Both the position numbers and the translations under genes were made by a program. Positions 47,450-55,637 of a stretch of DNA of 64,000 nucleotides are shown in pieces. Source of the stretch: a virus; the IMG/VR virus record IMGVR_UViG_3300049846_002130, positions 64,001-128,000 of that record, one strand, 5' to 3'. Each line of letters opens with the position of its first letter. The first letter of the stretch is position 1. The notes under the pieces are model-generated. The model was not told the DNA's origin, ran no database searches, and saw nothing but the letters and a program-made list of their open reading frames with translations.

Positions 47450-47843
47450 GGAACCTCATAATGTGCAAGTACTTTGCTCTGGGTATTTTAATCTATTACA
47501 TGCTGGCCATGTTGAGCTGTTAGCTTTTGCTTCTAAGTATGGGAAAGTAACAGTAGCTATTAATGATGATGAGCATTGTCAAAGAAAATATGGAACAAAA
47601 GCTATGTTGGCTTCCCATCGGTTGTATTGCTTAAATGCTTGTAAGTATGTAGAAAGTACTTGTGTCTTTGGCGAAGACACGCCCTCTGAATTAATACTAA
47701 GACTAAAGCCCAAGTATTATATACGAGGCTATGACTATGCTAATAAAGCACTTCCAGAAGAAGCTGCTCTAGAGCTTGTTAAAGCACAAACCATTATATT
47801 CAAGAGTAAGCAAATTAAGATTCATACTTCTGACTTTCTTTGA
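47448..47843 (+). CDS. Cytidylyltransferase-family nucleotidyltransferase, HldE domain II / HldC-like
   Basis: SGYFNLLHAGH (HIGH-type), VAINDD, FGEDTP.ELI..LKP.YYIRGYDY; start at the ATG 47448 after AAGGA. Confidence 0.88.
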   Translation: MEPHNVQVLCSGYFNLLHAGHVELLAFASKYGKVTVAINDDEHCQRKYGTKAMLASHRLYCLNACKYVESTCVFGEDTPSELILRLKPKYYIRGYDYANKALPEEAALELVKAQTIIFKSKQIKIHTSDFL

Positions 47844-48453
47844 TTACAGCAGTAAAACAATTATTCATCTTTAGCAAAAGATGAAAATACTTTGCTAGTT
47901 CTTTAAGTTCAATATTGGTCATACCAACATCAAGTTCTAAACATAGGGCAACAAAAACTGCTTCAAGTAACTGAACTTCAGCACGTTTGCCATCCTTATT
48001 GATACGGATAATTTTTTCTTCTGTGTCTACAGGAGGCAAAGAATTGTCTGTAAACTTTACATCTTCATGAAGAACTTCATAAACCTTACCGCAGATATTA
48101 ATACTCTCCGGAATATGATCAAAGATTTGCATGTCTTTCTCGGTCCAGTACTGAATTGTTTCTTTAATGGCATACTCTTTCATTTGTTCTAGATTAACTT
48201 TCTCACTTTCTAGAATCTCTTTTACCATGGCTTCTACGCTCATGGTGTTGTTATAGCCATCAAATACATTAGCTAGTTCATAGTCATTATCAAATAAAAA
48301 GGCAATGGCGGTTAAGTATGCTTCTTGCAGATACTTTTTTCTTCTTGTAATTGGATGTTGTAGTTTTATGTAATCATCAATTGCCTGGCGTAAGATGCCA
48401 AGAAGCAAGTTACGCCAGTCAACATGATCCATATAGTCAATGTCTTTATTCAA
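47815..48453 (-). CDS. Hypothetical two-domain protein
   Basis: N-terminal LLLGILRQAIDDY helix; C-terminal degenerate zincin-like segment without HExxH. Confidence 0.45.
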   Translation of the reverse strand: MNKDIDYMDHVDWRNLLLGILRQAIDDYIKLQHPITRRKKYLQEAYLTAIAFLFDNDYELANVFDGYNNTMSVEAMVKEILESEKVNLEQMKEYAIKETIQYWTEKDMQIFDHIPESINICGKVYEVLHEDVKFTDNSLPPVDTEEKIIRINKDGKRAEVQLLEAVFVALCLELDVGMTNIELKELAKYFHLLLKMNNCFTAVIKESQKYES

Positions 48454-48465
48454 TATTTTGTCCGA

Positions 48466-48816
48466 CTAGACTTCTTCTACTGGATCTTCAGGAACTTCAA
48501 ATCCAGTAGTTTCGTCAAATTGGATACCTATAAAGTCATCAACGCTACTTTCTATATCTTCTAGATTCTCTGTAGCTATGTCCCAGAGTTCATGTAAATA
48601 ATCAGGCACATCTGCTGGTTTGATTCCAAGAAGGAATGCTAGTAGATCTACTGGAGTTTCTTTAAGCAATGGCCAAAAGTCAGCAGCATCTACACGATCT
48701 TCTAAAGCATCGTCTATATCGTTACCTAATAGTTCAAAAAGAAGTATTTGATGTTCTAGCTTTGCATCTTCCGATGCCTTTATAAGTTCATCAAGGTGTG
48801 TCATTAAGTCTCCCAT
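48466..48816 (-). CDS. Hypothetical very acidic protein
   Basis: 116 aa, Asp/Glu-rich. Confidence 0.5.
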   Translation of the reverse strand: MGDLMTHLDELIKASEDAKLEHQILLFELLGNDIDDALEDRVDAADFWPLLKETPVDLLAFLLGIKPADVPDYLHELWDIATENLEDIESSVDDFIGIQFDETTGFEVPEDPVEEV

Positions 48817-49042
48817 ATATCATTGTAGCGATATTTGCTAATAAGCCTGCAGTAATTGCAGCAATAACAGCTACTAATGATTGGCTAATGCTTGTTACTG
48901 TTATATAAACAGATAGGGTAAACATTAGTTCACTAATTATAAAATGTTTAATACTGAAATTTTTAAGCCACTGTGGCAAGTGCATCCAAGTAAAGACTGT
49001 ACTTGCAAAGATAAGACATCCAAAAACAATACCATCAATCAT
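48791..49042 (-). CDS. Small membrane protein
   Basis: Three hydrophobic segments. Confidence 0.5.
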   Translation of the reverse strand: MIDGIVFGCLIFASTVFTWMHLPQWLKNFSIKHFIISELMFTLSVYITVTSISQSLVAVIAAITAGLLANIATMIYGRLNDTP

Positions 49043-49608
49043 TATGACTCTAGGTGTCTCATTTCTACAGCTTGAGAAATAGCAATAGAGTTTAAAGACT
49101 TCTCAACTTTATCTAACATATCAAGTTTTTCTCTCCAGTAATGTTTAAACATTGCTGAGGTCATAGATATATTATTAAGTTTCTGTAGAATAAGGTTTAC
49201 CATTTTTTCAAGTTGTGCTTGAGAGGGCGCTCTTATATTTTTCGAACTATATTCTAATAATAAGGAATTTATAACATCTGTCTTCTTAACAGATAAACTG
49301 TTCTTTAATGCAGTAGCACCAAGAGTACATATACTGTAATAATGACTAGCTATTTGAATGTTATTAGCAATTACTATATGTAGTTCTCTAATCATATCTG
49401 GAGATAGTTGTTTTGTAGAGGGGAAGGCTATAGCAAAACTTTCCTCCCACTCGTCAATGCTTTTACCAAAGAATTTAATTTGTGAAGAAAATATTTTGAT
49501 AAAAGCTTCTGCGTCTATCACATCCTCAAGTGCATCATCTAAGACTTTTTGAGAATCAACAACTGTAGCTTTAAGTTCTTTAGTTACTTCTTGTTCTATC
49601 AGGTCCAA
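49042..49608 (-). CDS. Hypothetical helical protein
   Basis: 188 aa, coupled. Confidence 0.5.
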   Translation of the reverse strand: MDLIEQEVTKELKATVVDSQKVLDDALEDVIDAEAFIKIFSSQIKFFGKSIDEWEESFAIAFPSTKQLSPDMIRELHIVIANNIQIASHYYSICTLGATALKNSLSVKKTDVINSLLLEYSSKNIRAPSQAQLEKMVNLILQKLNNISMTSAMFKHYWREKLDMLDKVEKSLNSIAISQAVEMRHLES

Positions 49609-49988
49609 GGATTGCTTCTTTTAGCTGTTGTTTTTGCTGTAGGACGCGATGTGGTTTCTGGAGCTGCAGGAGCAGAAGTAGGCGCAGTACTAGAACCTAG
49701 GTACTCTTTAACGATAGCGTTAAGAATTTCTGCTTCCATGGTTGTTTGCTTAGCATCTTCAAACTCTTTGGGGTCTATAAAGTAAACAGTTGGCCACCAT
49801 ACCTTTTGTCCATTATCATCTACTTTACTACTAAGTTGAGATGGAGGCTTTGCAAATGGCTCACCAGCCTTACTTAAAAAGATTTTAAAGTCTTTAATTA
49901 CCAATGTGTCGTCAATAACTAGGTCACAAAAACCTGCAAGACTACCCATTGGACTTTGAAGCTTACGAAGTTTTAGAGAATAATTCAT
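49599..49988 (-). CDS. spoVG: SpoVG-family nucleic-acid-binding protein
   Basis: LAGFCDLVIDDTLVIKDFKIF...PFAKPPS...EAEILNAIVKEY matches the SpoVG pattern. Confidence 0.8.
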   Translation of the reverse strand: MNYSLKLRKLQSPMGSLAGFCDLVIDDTLVIKDFKIFLSKAGEPFAKPPSQLSSKVDDNGQKVWWPTVYFIDPKEFEDAKQTTMEAEILNAIVKEYLGSSTAPTSAPAAPETTSRPTAKTTAKRSNPWT

Positions 49989-50154
49989 TTTGAGCTGTCT
50001 CCTTTTCTAATCTATGTAAATGAGTTGCAATATAAAATGCAAATTTGTCTAGAATCGAGTCATACATATTTGTAGCTTGACCGAGTAAGCCCAAACTAGC
50101 TGCTAACTGAGCTGAATTCGGTGTCTTGGGCTGAGTTGGATTCGAACGTGACAT
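49963..50154 (-). CDS. Hypothetical protein
   Basis: 63 aa ORF. Confidence 0.35.
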   Translation of the reverse strand: MSRSNPTQPKTPNSAQLAASLGLLGQATNMYDSILDKFAFYIATHLHRLEKETAQNELFSKTS

Positions 50155-50389
50155 CGTTTTTCTCCATAAAAATTCTATATATATAGCCTAATCTAAAGGC
50201 TGTTGTGAACAGAACGCGAAAAGTCGAGTCTGAAAGATGCTGAGATAGAGCTTCTAAAGCTTTGTTAATAAATAGCTGTTGGTCTTCTTTCTCTGGATTA
50301 GCCATTAGTTTATTAAACAATAAGTCTACTAATTCTTTATTCGTGTATTTAGAAGTACCTGCTGAGGTTTTAACAGACCACATCACCAA
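50096..50389 (-). CDS. Hypothetical protein
   Basis: 97 aa ORF. Confidence 0.45.
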   Translation of the reverse strand: MVMWSVKTSAGTSKYTNKELVDLLFNKLMANPEKEDQQLFINKALEALSQHLSDSTFRVLFTTAFRLGYIYRIFMEKNDVTFESNSAQDTEFSSVSS

Positions 50390-50829
50390 CCTAACATCTT
50401 GGGTAAGGCTGTTCGTATAAGTATACCTAGGGCAGAGAACTCTCCCCCTGAGAGCGAAACTGTTATCATACGAGAGGTTCTATCAGCATCTGTTTGTCTG
50501 ATAGACATTAACCAAGTCCCAGCATACCGCTCATCTGTACTTTCCTTAAAAGAGATGGATTTAGTTGTTCCTTGGTACTCGTGAACAATCTTTGTTGTTT
50601 CTGGGTTTTCTAGTAAATGACAAAGATCTGCAGTACCTAATGCAATTGAAATTTTACCATCTTTCCAGTCGTATAGTTTATTTTCTCCATCTGTTCCAAC
50701 TACTTTTGCTGCTTCAACAAGAATTGCTCCTGCTTTATCCATCCAATCATTGTCTTTAGCTCTGGGAGCAAGAAATGAGAATTTGGCTGCAGCCGAGCCT
50801 TTAAAAATATCAAATGAGCCTGGCTTCAT
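50383..50829 (-). CDS. Whirly-like ssDNA-binding protein
   Basis: IFKGSAAA, GAILVEAA, YDW, ..H., EFSAL...LPKMLGW parallel the plant Whirly motifs YKGKAAL, GFVLLQFA, YDWS, FFHD, EFAVL...PYLLGW. Confidence 0.75.
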   Translation of the reverse strand: MKPGSFDIFKGSAAAKFSFLAPRAKDNDWMDKAGAILVEAAKVVGTDGENKLYDWKDGKISIALGTADLCHLLENPETTKIVHEYQGTTKSISFKESTDERYAGTWLMSIRQTDADRTSRMITVSLSGGEFSALGILIRTALPKMLGW

Positions 50830-51091
50830 TATTGGTCCCCTTGTTTGAATACCATGTTTGCATTAAAAGACCTTGTGCAATTAATGCGTTCTCTGGTGTT
50901 TCACCATATGTTTTTCTATGCTGATGCAAATAGTCTACTAGCTCTTGATAGCTGATAGATTCTGCCCCAGTCTTACTTAATCCAATATTAATGAGAACGT
51001 CGGCAAATATACCGATGATCTCCTTTGTTGTCAAAGTTGTACTATTAAGCAGATTAATAATTTGATCTGCTATATCTTCTTCTAGTTTCAT
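50810..51091 (-). CDS. Hypothetical protein
   Basis: 93 aa helical ORF. Confidence 0.5.
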   Translation of the reverse strand: MKLEEDIADQIINLLNSTTLTTKEIIGIFADVLINIGLSKTGAESISYQELVDYLHQHRKTYGETPENALIAQGLLMQTWYSNKGTNNEARLI

Positions 51092-51103
51092 TTTTTAAAA
51101 ATT

Positions 51104-51134
51104 AAAGTGGTCGGAGATTAACTCCGACCACTTT
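51104..51134 (-). terminator. Probable terminator closing the Ubl operon
   Basis: 13-bp perfect stem aaagtggtcggag/ctccgaccacttt overlapping the stop at 51118. Confidence 0.65.
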
Positions 51135-51291
51135 CTACCTGTATGTTCCAAGCTTTTAATCCTCTATAAACTTCATACATTTTTATATCAGGATTTTGTT
51201 TACATCTTTCGATGAAGCCAGGAACATTGGCTTTGATTTGAGATAAGGCTTCTTTACATTGCTTAGGGGAATATACTTCCGTCCCAAACAT
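51118..51291 (-). CDS. Small hypothetical protein coupled to Ubl
   Basis: ATG at 51291 overlaps the Ubl TAA (TAATG); 57 aa. Confidence 0.55.
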   Translation of the reverse strand: MFGTEVYSPKQCKEALSQIKANVPGFIERCKQNPDIKMYEVYRGLKAWNIQVESGRS

Positions 51292-51512
51292 TAGAAAGCG
51301 CCTTTGGATCCCTGGACTGCCCAAATCTCTTCTACGCCATCTACACAGGTAGTAGAGAACTCACTAGGAGCTACCTCAGTTTCGCCACCAAGAAGAATCT
51401 TATAGGTGCTATCGATCTGTAGGTGAGACACTACATCTTGAACGGTAGTGCCCTGGGTAACTTGGACTGTCTTGGTGTTCCCCGCGGGAACAAATAGTAC
51501 ATGAATTGTCAT
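51291..51512 (-). CDS. Ubiquitin-like (beta-grasp) protein
   Basis: 73 aa; TIHVLFV / TKTVQV / TVQDVVSHL / YKILLGG / EIWAV beta-grasp order; tail QGSKG-AF; adjacent to E1. Confidence 0.8.
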   Translation of the reverse strand: MTIHVLFVPAGNTKTVQVTQGTTVQDVVSHLQIDSTYKILLGGETEVAPSEFSTTCVDGVEEIWAVQGSKGAF

Positions 51513-52222
51513 TCTATCTCCTTTAAGTTGTATTGCTTTACAAATAGTTTACTATCTTTCATAACTGTAATTGTTCCATATGGATATTTAAAGGCACTAG
51601 TTGTTGCTTTAGCAACCAGTAGCGTACAAATATATTGTACCATATAGGCAGATATCGTAGTTACAAGAGTGGAACATAGACGCTGATTACAAGGGCCTTC
51701 TGGAATGAGGCTATCATCCATAAAGCTATCTGTCCACTGTCTATATAGTTCAGAGTTTAAAGGATTTATTACATGTATTTCTCCATGTTCAAATCCAAGG
51801 CGTGCTTCAATAGCTAACAGTATATTTGTGTTATACAAGATACCTTGTGATATATCTTTTCGACTCTTCATAGAGTCGGTAGCTATTATTAAAAAGCCCT
51901 CCACATGCGCAGCATCAGCTGCGCTAGTATAAAACCTATTATATGTTTTTACTTCTATGTCTGGATTAAATTCACGAAGCAACTCTGACAATGCTTCTAC
52001 TTTAGATTTTCCTATATGTTTGGGAAAGAACTGCTGATTTGCTAGATTATAGTCTTCAACAACATCTGCATCATAAAGAACAAACTTTTTAAATCCCATA
52101 CGGGCCGCGATCATAGCAACATTAGAGCCAACACCCCCACATCCAACAATAACTATTGGATGTGTTATCATATTTGGATGTAGCCATCCAGAATGTCTTA
52201 GAAATGATGGCTTATTCTCCAT
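51509..52222 (-). CDS. E1-like / ThiF-family adenylyltransferase
   Basis: IVGCGGVGS, YDADVVEDYNLANQ, GKSKVEAL, ATDSMKSR; candidate Cys in EGPCNQRLC. Confidence 0.92.
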   Translation of the reverse strand: MENKPSFLRHSGWLHPNMITHPIVIVGCGGVGSNVAMIAARMGFKKFVLYDADVVEDYNLANQQFFPKHIGKSKVEALSELLREFNPDIEVKTYNRFYTSAADAAHVEGFLIIATDSMKSRKDISQGILYNTNILLAIEARLGFEHGEIHVINPLNSELYRQWTDSFMDDSLIPEGPCNQRLCSTLVTTISAYMVQYICTLLVAKATTSAFKYPYGTITVMKDSKLFVKQYNLKEIE

Positions 52223-52733
52223 ACTCGATTCCTTTAAAGAGCATTAATAGTTCTTTTAATACTTTTACTTTTTCTGTAGAGCTAGATTCTTTAAATACGG
52301 AGTTATCAACAAGATATAATGTTGTAGCTAAAAGTAAAACTAATACATTTGCATCAACAGCAGTTGTAGAAAACATCTTAGTTATTTCTGATAAGCTTAC
52401 TGGCTCAAATATATCTTTTATTGGTACTTTCTTTTCTTTAGCCGAAGTAACTATACGATGAAGCCTTATTGTAATACCTAGCCATCGTAATGCTTTATTT
52501 CTATCAAGTCCCCAACCTTTCAATAACAAAAGGAATCTATCTAAATGAGTCTGGATAGATGAAGGAGTCATTGCTTCCACTAAGGATTCACCTGCTTCGA
52601 GTAGGTAGCTAAGTTTATATGGCTCGAAATCTGGTGACTCAATAATTTTAGTAATGAATTGATTTTTATTTATAAAGTCTATCTGTTGTTTATCAAATAG
52701 ATTTATAAATTTATAGTTACTTCGGCCTAGTGT
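52212..52733 (-). CDS. Helical domain, probably the -1 frameshift extension of the JAB protein
   Basis: Frame is open 51 codons upstream of the annotated GTG (52580), back to the G-GGA-AAA site at 52739-52733. Confidence 0.55.
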   Translation of the reverse strand, partial: TLGRSNYKFINLFDKQQIDFINKNQFITKIIESPDFEPYKLSYLLEAGESLVEAMTPSSIQTHLDRFLLLLKGWGLDRNKALRWLGITIRLHRIVTSAKEKKVPIKDIFEPVSLSEITKMFSTTAVDANVLVLLLATTLYLVDNSVFKESSSTEKVKVLKELLMLFKGIEYGE

Positions 52734-53467
52734 TTTCCCATATAGTGAAACACAAAATCAGTTTGATCAGTAGTCGTTGTAGTGTCTTTCGAGGTCGTCG
52801 TACCAGCATACACGCTCTGAGCTAAAGGGGCGGGTGGACTTCCTCCAGAAGTTACTGTAACTACAGAACTCTTTTTACTAACCAAAGAGCTGATAGCACT
52901 ATCTATTTTCTTATAGTTATAGCTGTTTTCAACAGCTATTGGAGGCTGCTCGATTATAATCCCATCTAGACTTGGATCAAAGACTCTGCAATAAATATCA
53001 CGTTTCTGATTAAAGATTAGCATTGCTTTTGGTGTAGTAGCATCTTTAATTAGAGCTGTCCAGTTTTCTTGATCAGTACCAGTAGGCTTTGCTTCCATAT
53101 TAACATGGGAATGGCACCAAGCTCCTGCCTCAGACATCAAAGTCTTAAGCTCCGTAGCAGTAAGATTACGGTCTTTCTTAAGTTGTTGCCACATCTCAGC
53201 TAAGTCTGCTGGCTCACTATCAACTGTTATTGTGGTAACAGTTTGCTTTGGTATAAAGATATCACTAATTCGATAAAATATCTTACCGTTTTGACGCTCT
53301 GAATAATCTGGTATTATTCTAGAGTACCACTGACCCTCAAACGTCTTAAGTTCATCTACAAAGTATTCGCTTAACTCTAAACATTCTTGATCAAAAACCA
53401 CATAATATTTATAAGCAGTAGTAAGAGTTGGAGTCCTTTCTGCTATTAGTTTCTTAGATAGTGTCAT
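52727..53467 (-). CDS. JAB/MPN+ metallo-isopeptidase
   Basis: FEGQW, ISDIFIPKQTV, WCHSHVNMEAKPTGTD (JAMM HxH-x7-S/T-x2-D). Confidence 0.88.
   Translation of the reverse strand: MTLSKKLIAERTPTLTTAYKYYVVFDQECLELSEYFVDELKTFEGQWYSRIIPDYSERQNGKIFYRISDIFIPKQTVTTITVDSEPADLAEMWQQLKKDRNLTATELKTLMSEAGAWCHSHVNMEAKPTGTDQENWTALIKDATTPKAMLIFNQKRDIYCRVFDPSLDGIIIEQPPIAVENSYNYKKIDSAISSLVSKKSSVVTVTSGGSPPAPLAQSVYAGTTTSKDTTTTTDQTDFVFHYMGKH
52733..52739 (-). promoter_or_regulatory. Candidate -1 ribosomal frameshift heptamer G GGA AAA
   Basis: X-XXY-YYZ in the correct frame, one sense codon before the JAB stop; -1 frame open for 173 codons. Confidence 0.6.
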
Positions 53468-53474
53468 CTATTTT

Positions 53475-55175
53475 TTAACCTTCTTCGTAAAGTGGAAACC
53501 ATGTATACTCTGCTCCCCACTGGTCCTTACTGTTAACCGATGTAACCCATGAATCAACTGCGTAAAACAACTGACCCAAATCTCCCTCAGAGATTGCCCT
53601 TTTAATATTTGCTTCTGCTTCTCCGAAACAAATTTTAGTTGGTTTATTATAAGCTGATTTTATGCTTTTGACATCTTTTCTATTCATAGCTGTTGCAGCT
53701 GAGTGTGGATGAGCCTTGATATTTACAATATCTCCTATAGCTGGAGAGATACCTATAATAGAACTTAAATCTAGAGGATATATTTTTCCAATTAGATCTC
53801 CTCTATAAGAATAACCAATACTTATTCTGTAGGGTCCTGCTACAACTAAAGTTGTATTAGTTCCTTTTTCTGCTTTATCAACATATAGAATTGAAGGCTT
53901 TATAGTCTGCAGCTCAATATTTAAACTTTGAATTCTATCTTTTTCTTCTATAAGCTCTTTTAAAAAGATACTGTATTTATCTTCTGTATTTAAATCTAAC
54001 TCTGTATAAGAATTATACATGGTCTCTATAGTAATAGCTTGTAAGCTATAATTAGATAAAAGTCCAAGGCCCAAAAATTTACAGAATGTTTTTGTATTTT
54101 TAAGTGTATTAAGATATATTTCTGCAGCTAAGTTACTATTGGTTTTCGCTATAGTTAAACTTTCTTTAATCTTTTGATGGGTTTCTAGATAACCTTTAAG
54201 CTTTAATTCAAGATCTTTAATAAGATTTTGATTACTTTCTACATTTTTTGTAACTGAAAGATCCTCAGAAAGAAGGGTATTTAAAAGATTAGTTTTAGTT
54301 TGAAATTCTTTTGCTCTTTCTTTTAATAAGATATATTCTTGTGATGGTCTTGGAATAAAGAGAGGCTCAGCTTTAAAGTCTTTGTCTACTTGTAGCTCAG
54401 TATCAATCTTATTTGCATCTTCTGGTGTAAGTAGCTCTGCTAAAACATTCCAGTTTTTAGTTAAGCTATTAAGATTAGTTAGGTCAATAGGCTTATTGAA
54501 AGCTGCGGCCCCACTATTAAGATACTTAATCATAAACTCGTGAATAGTTTTACCATAGGTGGCATATAGCTTTGCACTACATTTTGGTAAAACCATTACA
54601 TTGTGATTAACTATAGTATTATTAGCTTTTATAAATGGTAGGTTTAAGAAGAATACTTTTGGTGTCCTTGGATTCAAGGGCAAGTCTTCAACAACCACAT
54701 CCTTTAGAGAATTGGTCACGATATCGAAAACTGTAATACTATCTTTTGGTAATTGAGTTTTTAATATATTTAATAATGAATTATTAGAAAAGATAAAGGT
54801 TGAGTAGTCTCCAACATGACCATTAACTTTAGAACACCAACTTAATGCTTCTGTATACTTTATTGAATGCCAATCTTTGTCTAGTAGACTAGTTAAGCTT
54901 TCTAACTGTTTATAACTTAAATTAGGTAAGCTTGGTATTTTAAAATTAGGTAGTGTTGGATGTATGAATAGCAATATCTTAGGAATAAGATTGCTATAGT
55001 ATAATTCTCTTCCTCCTGGAAGTGTTTGGGGCTCAAAGGTGGAGGAAAGTGAAATTTTTGATTCTACGTAAACGTTATTTTCTTTTCTTCTATACATAAC
55101 TAACTGTTTAGTAGCAGACTGTGCTTCTAAAAAGTGGTTGCCTATTAATGCGTCAGTTGATAAAACAATACTCAT
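53475..55175 (-). CDS. Large protein with C-terminal E2 (UBC-like) domain
   Basis: GPYRISI...AHPHS...KICFGE...W...N..D.WG resembles the E2 HP(N/H)...C motif; located between the JAB gene and upstream operon genes. Confidence 0.65.
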   Translation of the reverse strand: MSIVLSTDALIGNHFLEAQSATKQLVMYRRKENNVYVESKISLSSTFEPQTLPGGRELYYSNLIPKILLFIHPTLPNFKIPSLPNLSYKQLESLTSLLDKDWHSIKYTEALSWCSKVNGHVGDYSTFIFSNNSLLNILKTQLPKDSITVFDIVTNSLKDVVVEDLPLNPRTPKVFFLNLPFIKANNTIVNHNVMVLPKCSAKLYATYGKTIHEFMIKYLNSGAAAFNKPIDLTNLNSLTKNWNVLAELLTPEDANKIDTELQVDKDFKAEPLFIPRPSQEYILLKERAKEFQTKTNLLNTLLSEDLSVTKNVESNQNLIKDLELKLKGYLETHQKIKESLTIAKTNSNLAAEIYLNTLKNTKTFCKFLGLGLLSNYSLQAITIETMYNSYTELDLNTEDKYSIFLKELIEEKDRIQSLNIELQTIKPSILYVDKAEKGTNTTLVVAGPYRISIGYSYRGDLIGKIYPLDLSSIIGISPAIGDIVNIKAHPHSAATAMNRKDVKSIKSAYNKPTKICFGEAEANIKRAISEGDLGQLFYAVDSWVTSVNSKDQWGAEYTWFPLYEEG

Positions 55176-55178
55176 TTG

Positions 55179-55637
55179 TTACCCATTGTTAATAAAAGCT
55201 TTTGCTAAGTTTTCAATAAAATAATTAAGCACAAGGTTTCTTGATTTAGTATCATCAAGAATTTTAGGCCCTAAGAGAGAGATACCTAATTTAGTGGCTG
55301 AATTATTTTTTCTGTTATCCAGTCCAAAGTCTTCTAAGATCAGATCTACTTTTTTAGTATCAAGATAAATAAACTCTTTATTTAAGATTGTTTTAATTAT
55401 TCCTGCAGGCATGGGGAATAAGGTTGCTGCACCACGCGCAAAACAAGCACTTGACTGAAAATCAAAATATGGAGAAAGAATGTTTATTACTTCAGTATCC
55501 AACAAGCAGCCTTCTCTCATATAATAACCTAACAAAGCTTTCTGTAGGTTTGAGTAAACAAATGGGTTATTTAAATCCCATTTGTTCATATATATACTCC
55601 AACACATCTGCCCCATCAGGGGCATTGATAAGCTCAT
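55179..55637 (-). CDS. Hypothetical protein in Ubl operon
   Basis: 152 aa, coupled. Confidence 0.45.
   Translation of the reverse strand: MSLSMPLMGQMCWSIYMNKWDLNNPFVYSNLQKALLGYYMREGCLLDTEVINILSPYFDFQSSACFARGAATLFPMPAGIIKTILNKEFIYLDTKKVDLILEDFGLDNRKNNSATKLGISLLGPKILDDTKSRNLVLNYFIENLAKAFINNG

Noticed and set aside
51509-52222. ThiF/MoeB for thiamine or molybdopterin synthesis
   Set aside because: No thiG, moaE or sulfur-relay genes; the neighbours are JAB and E2-like, and the enzyme lacks the paired CxxC zinc motifs
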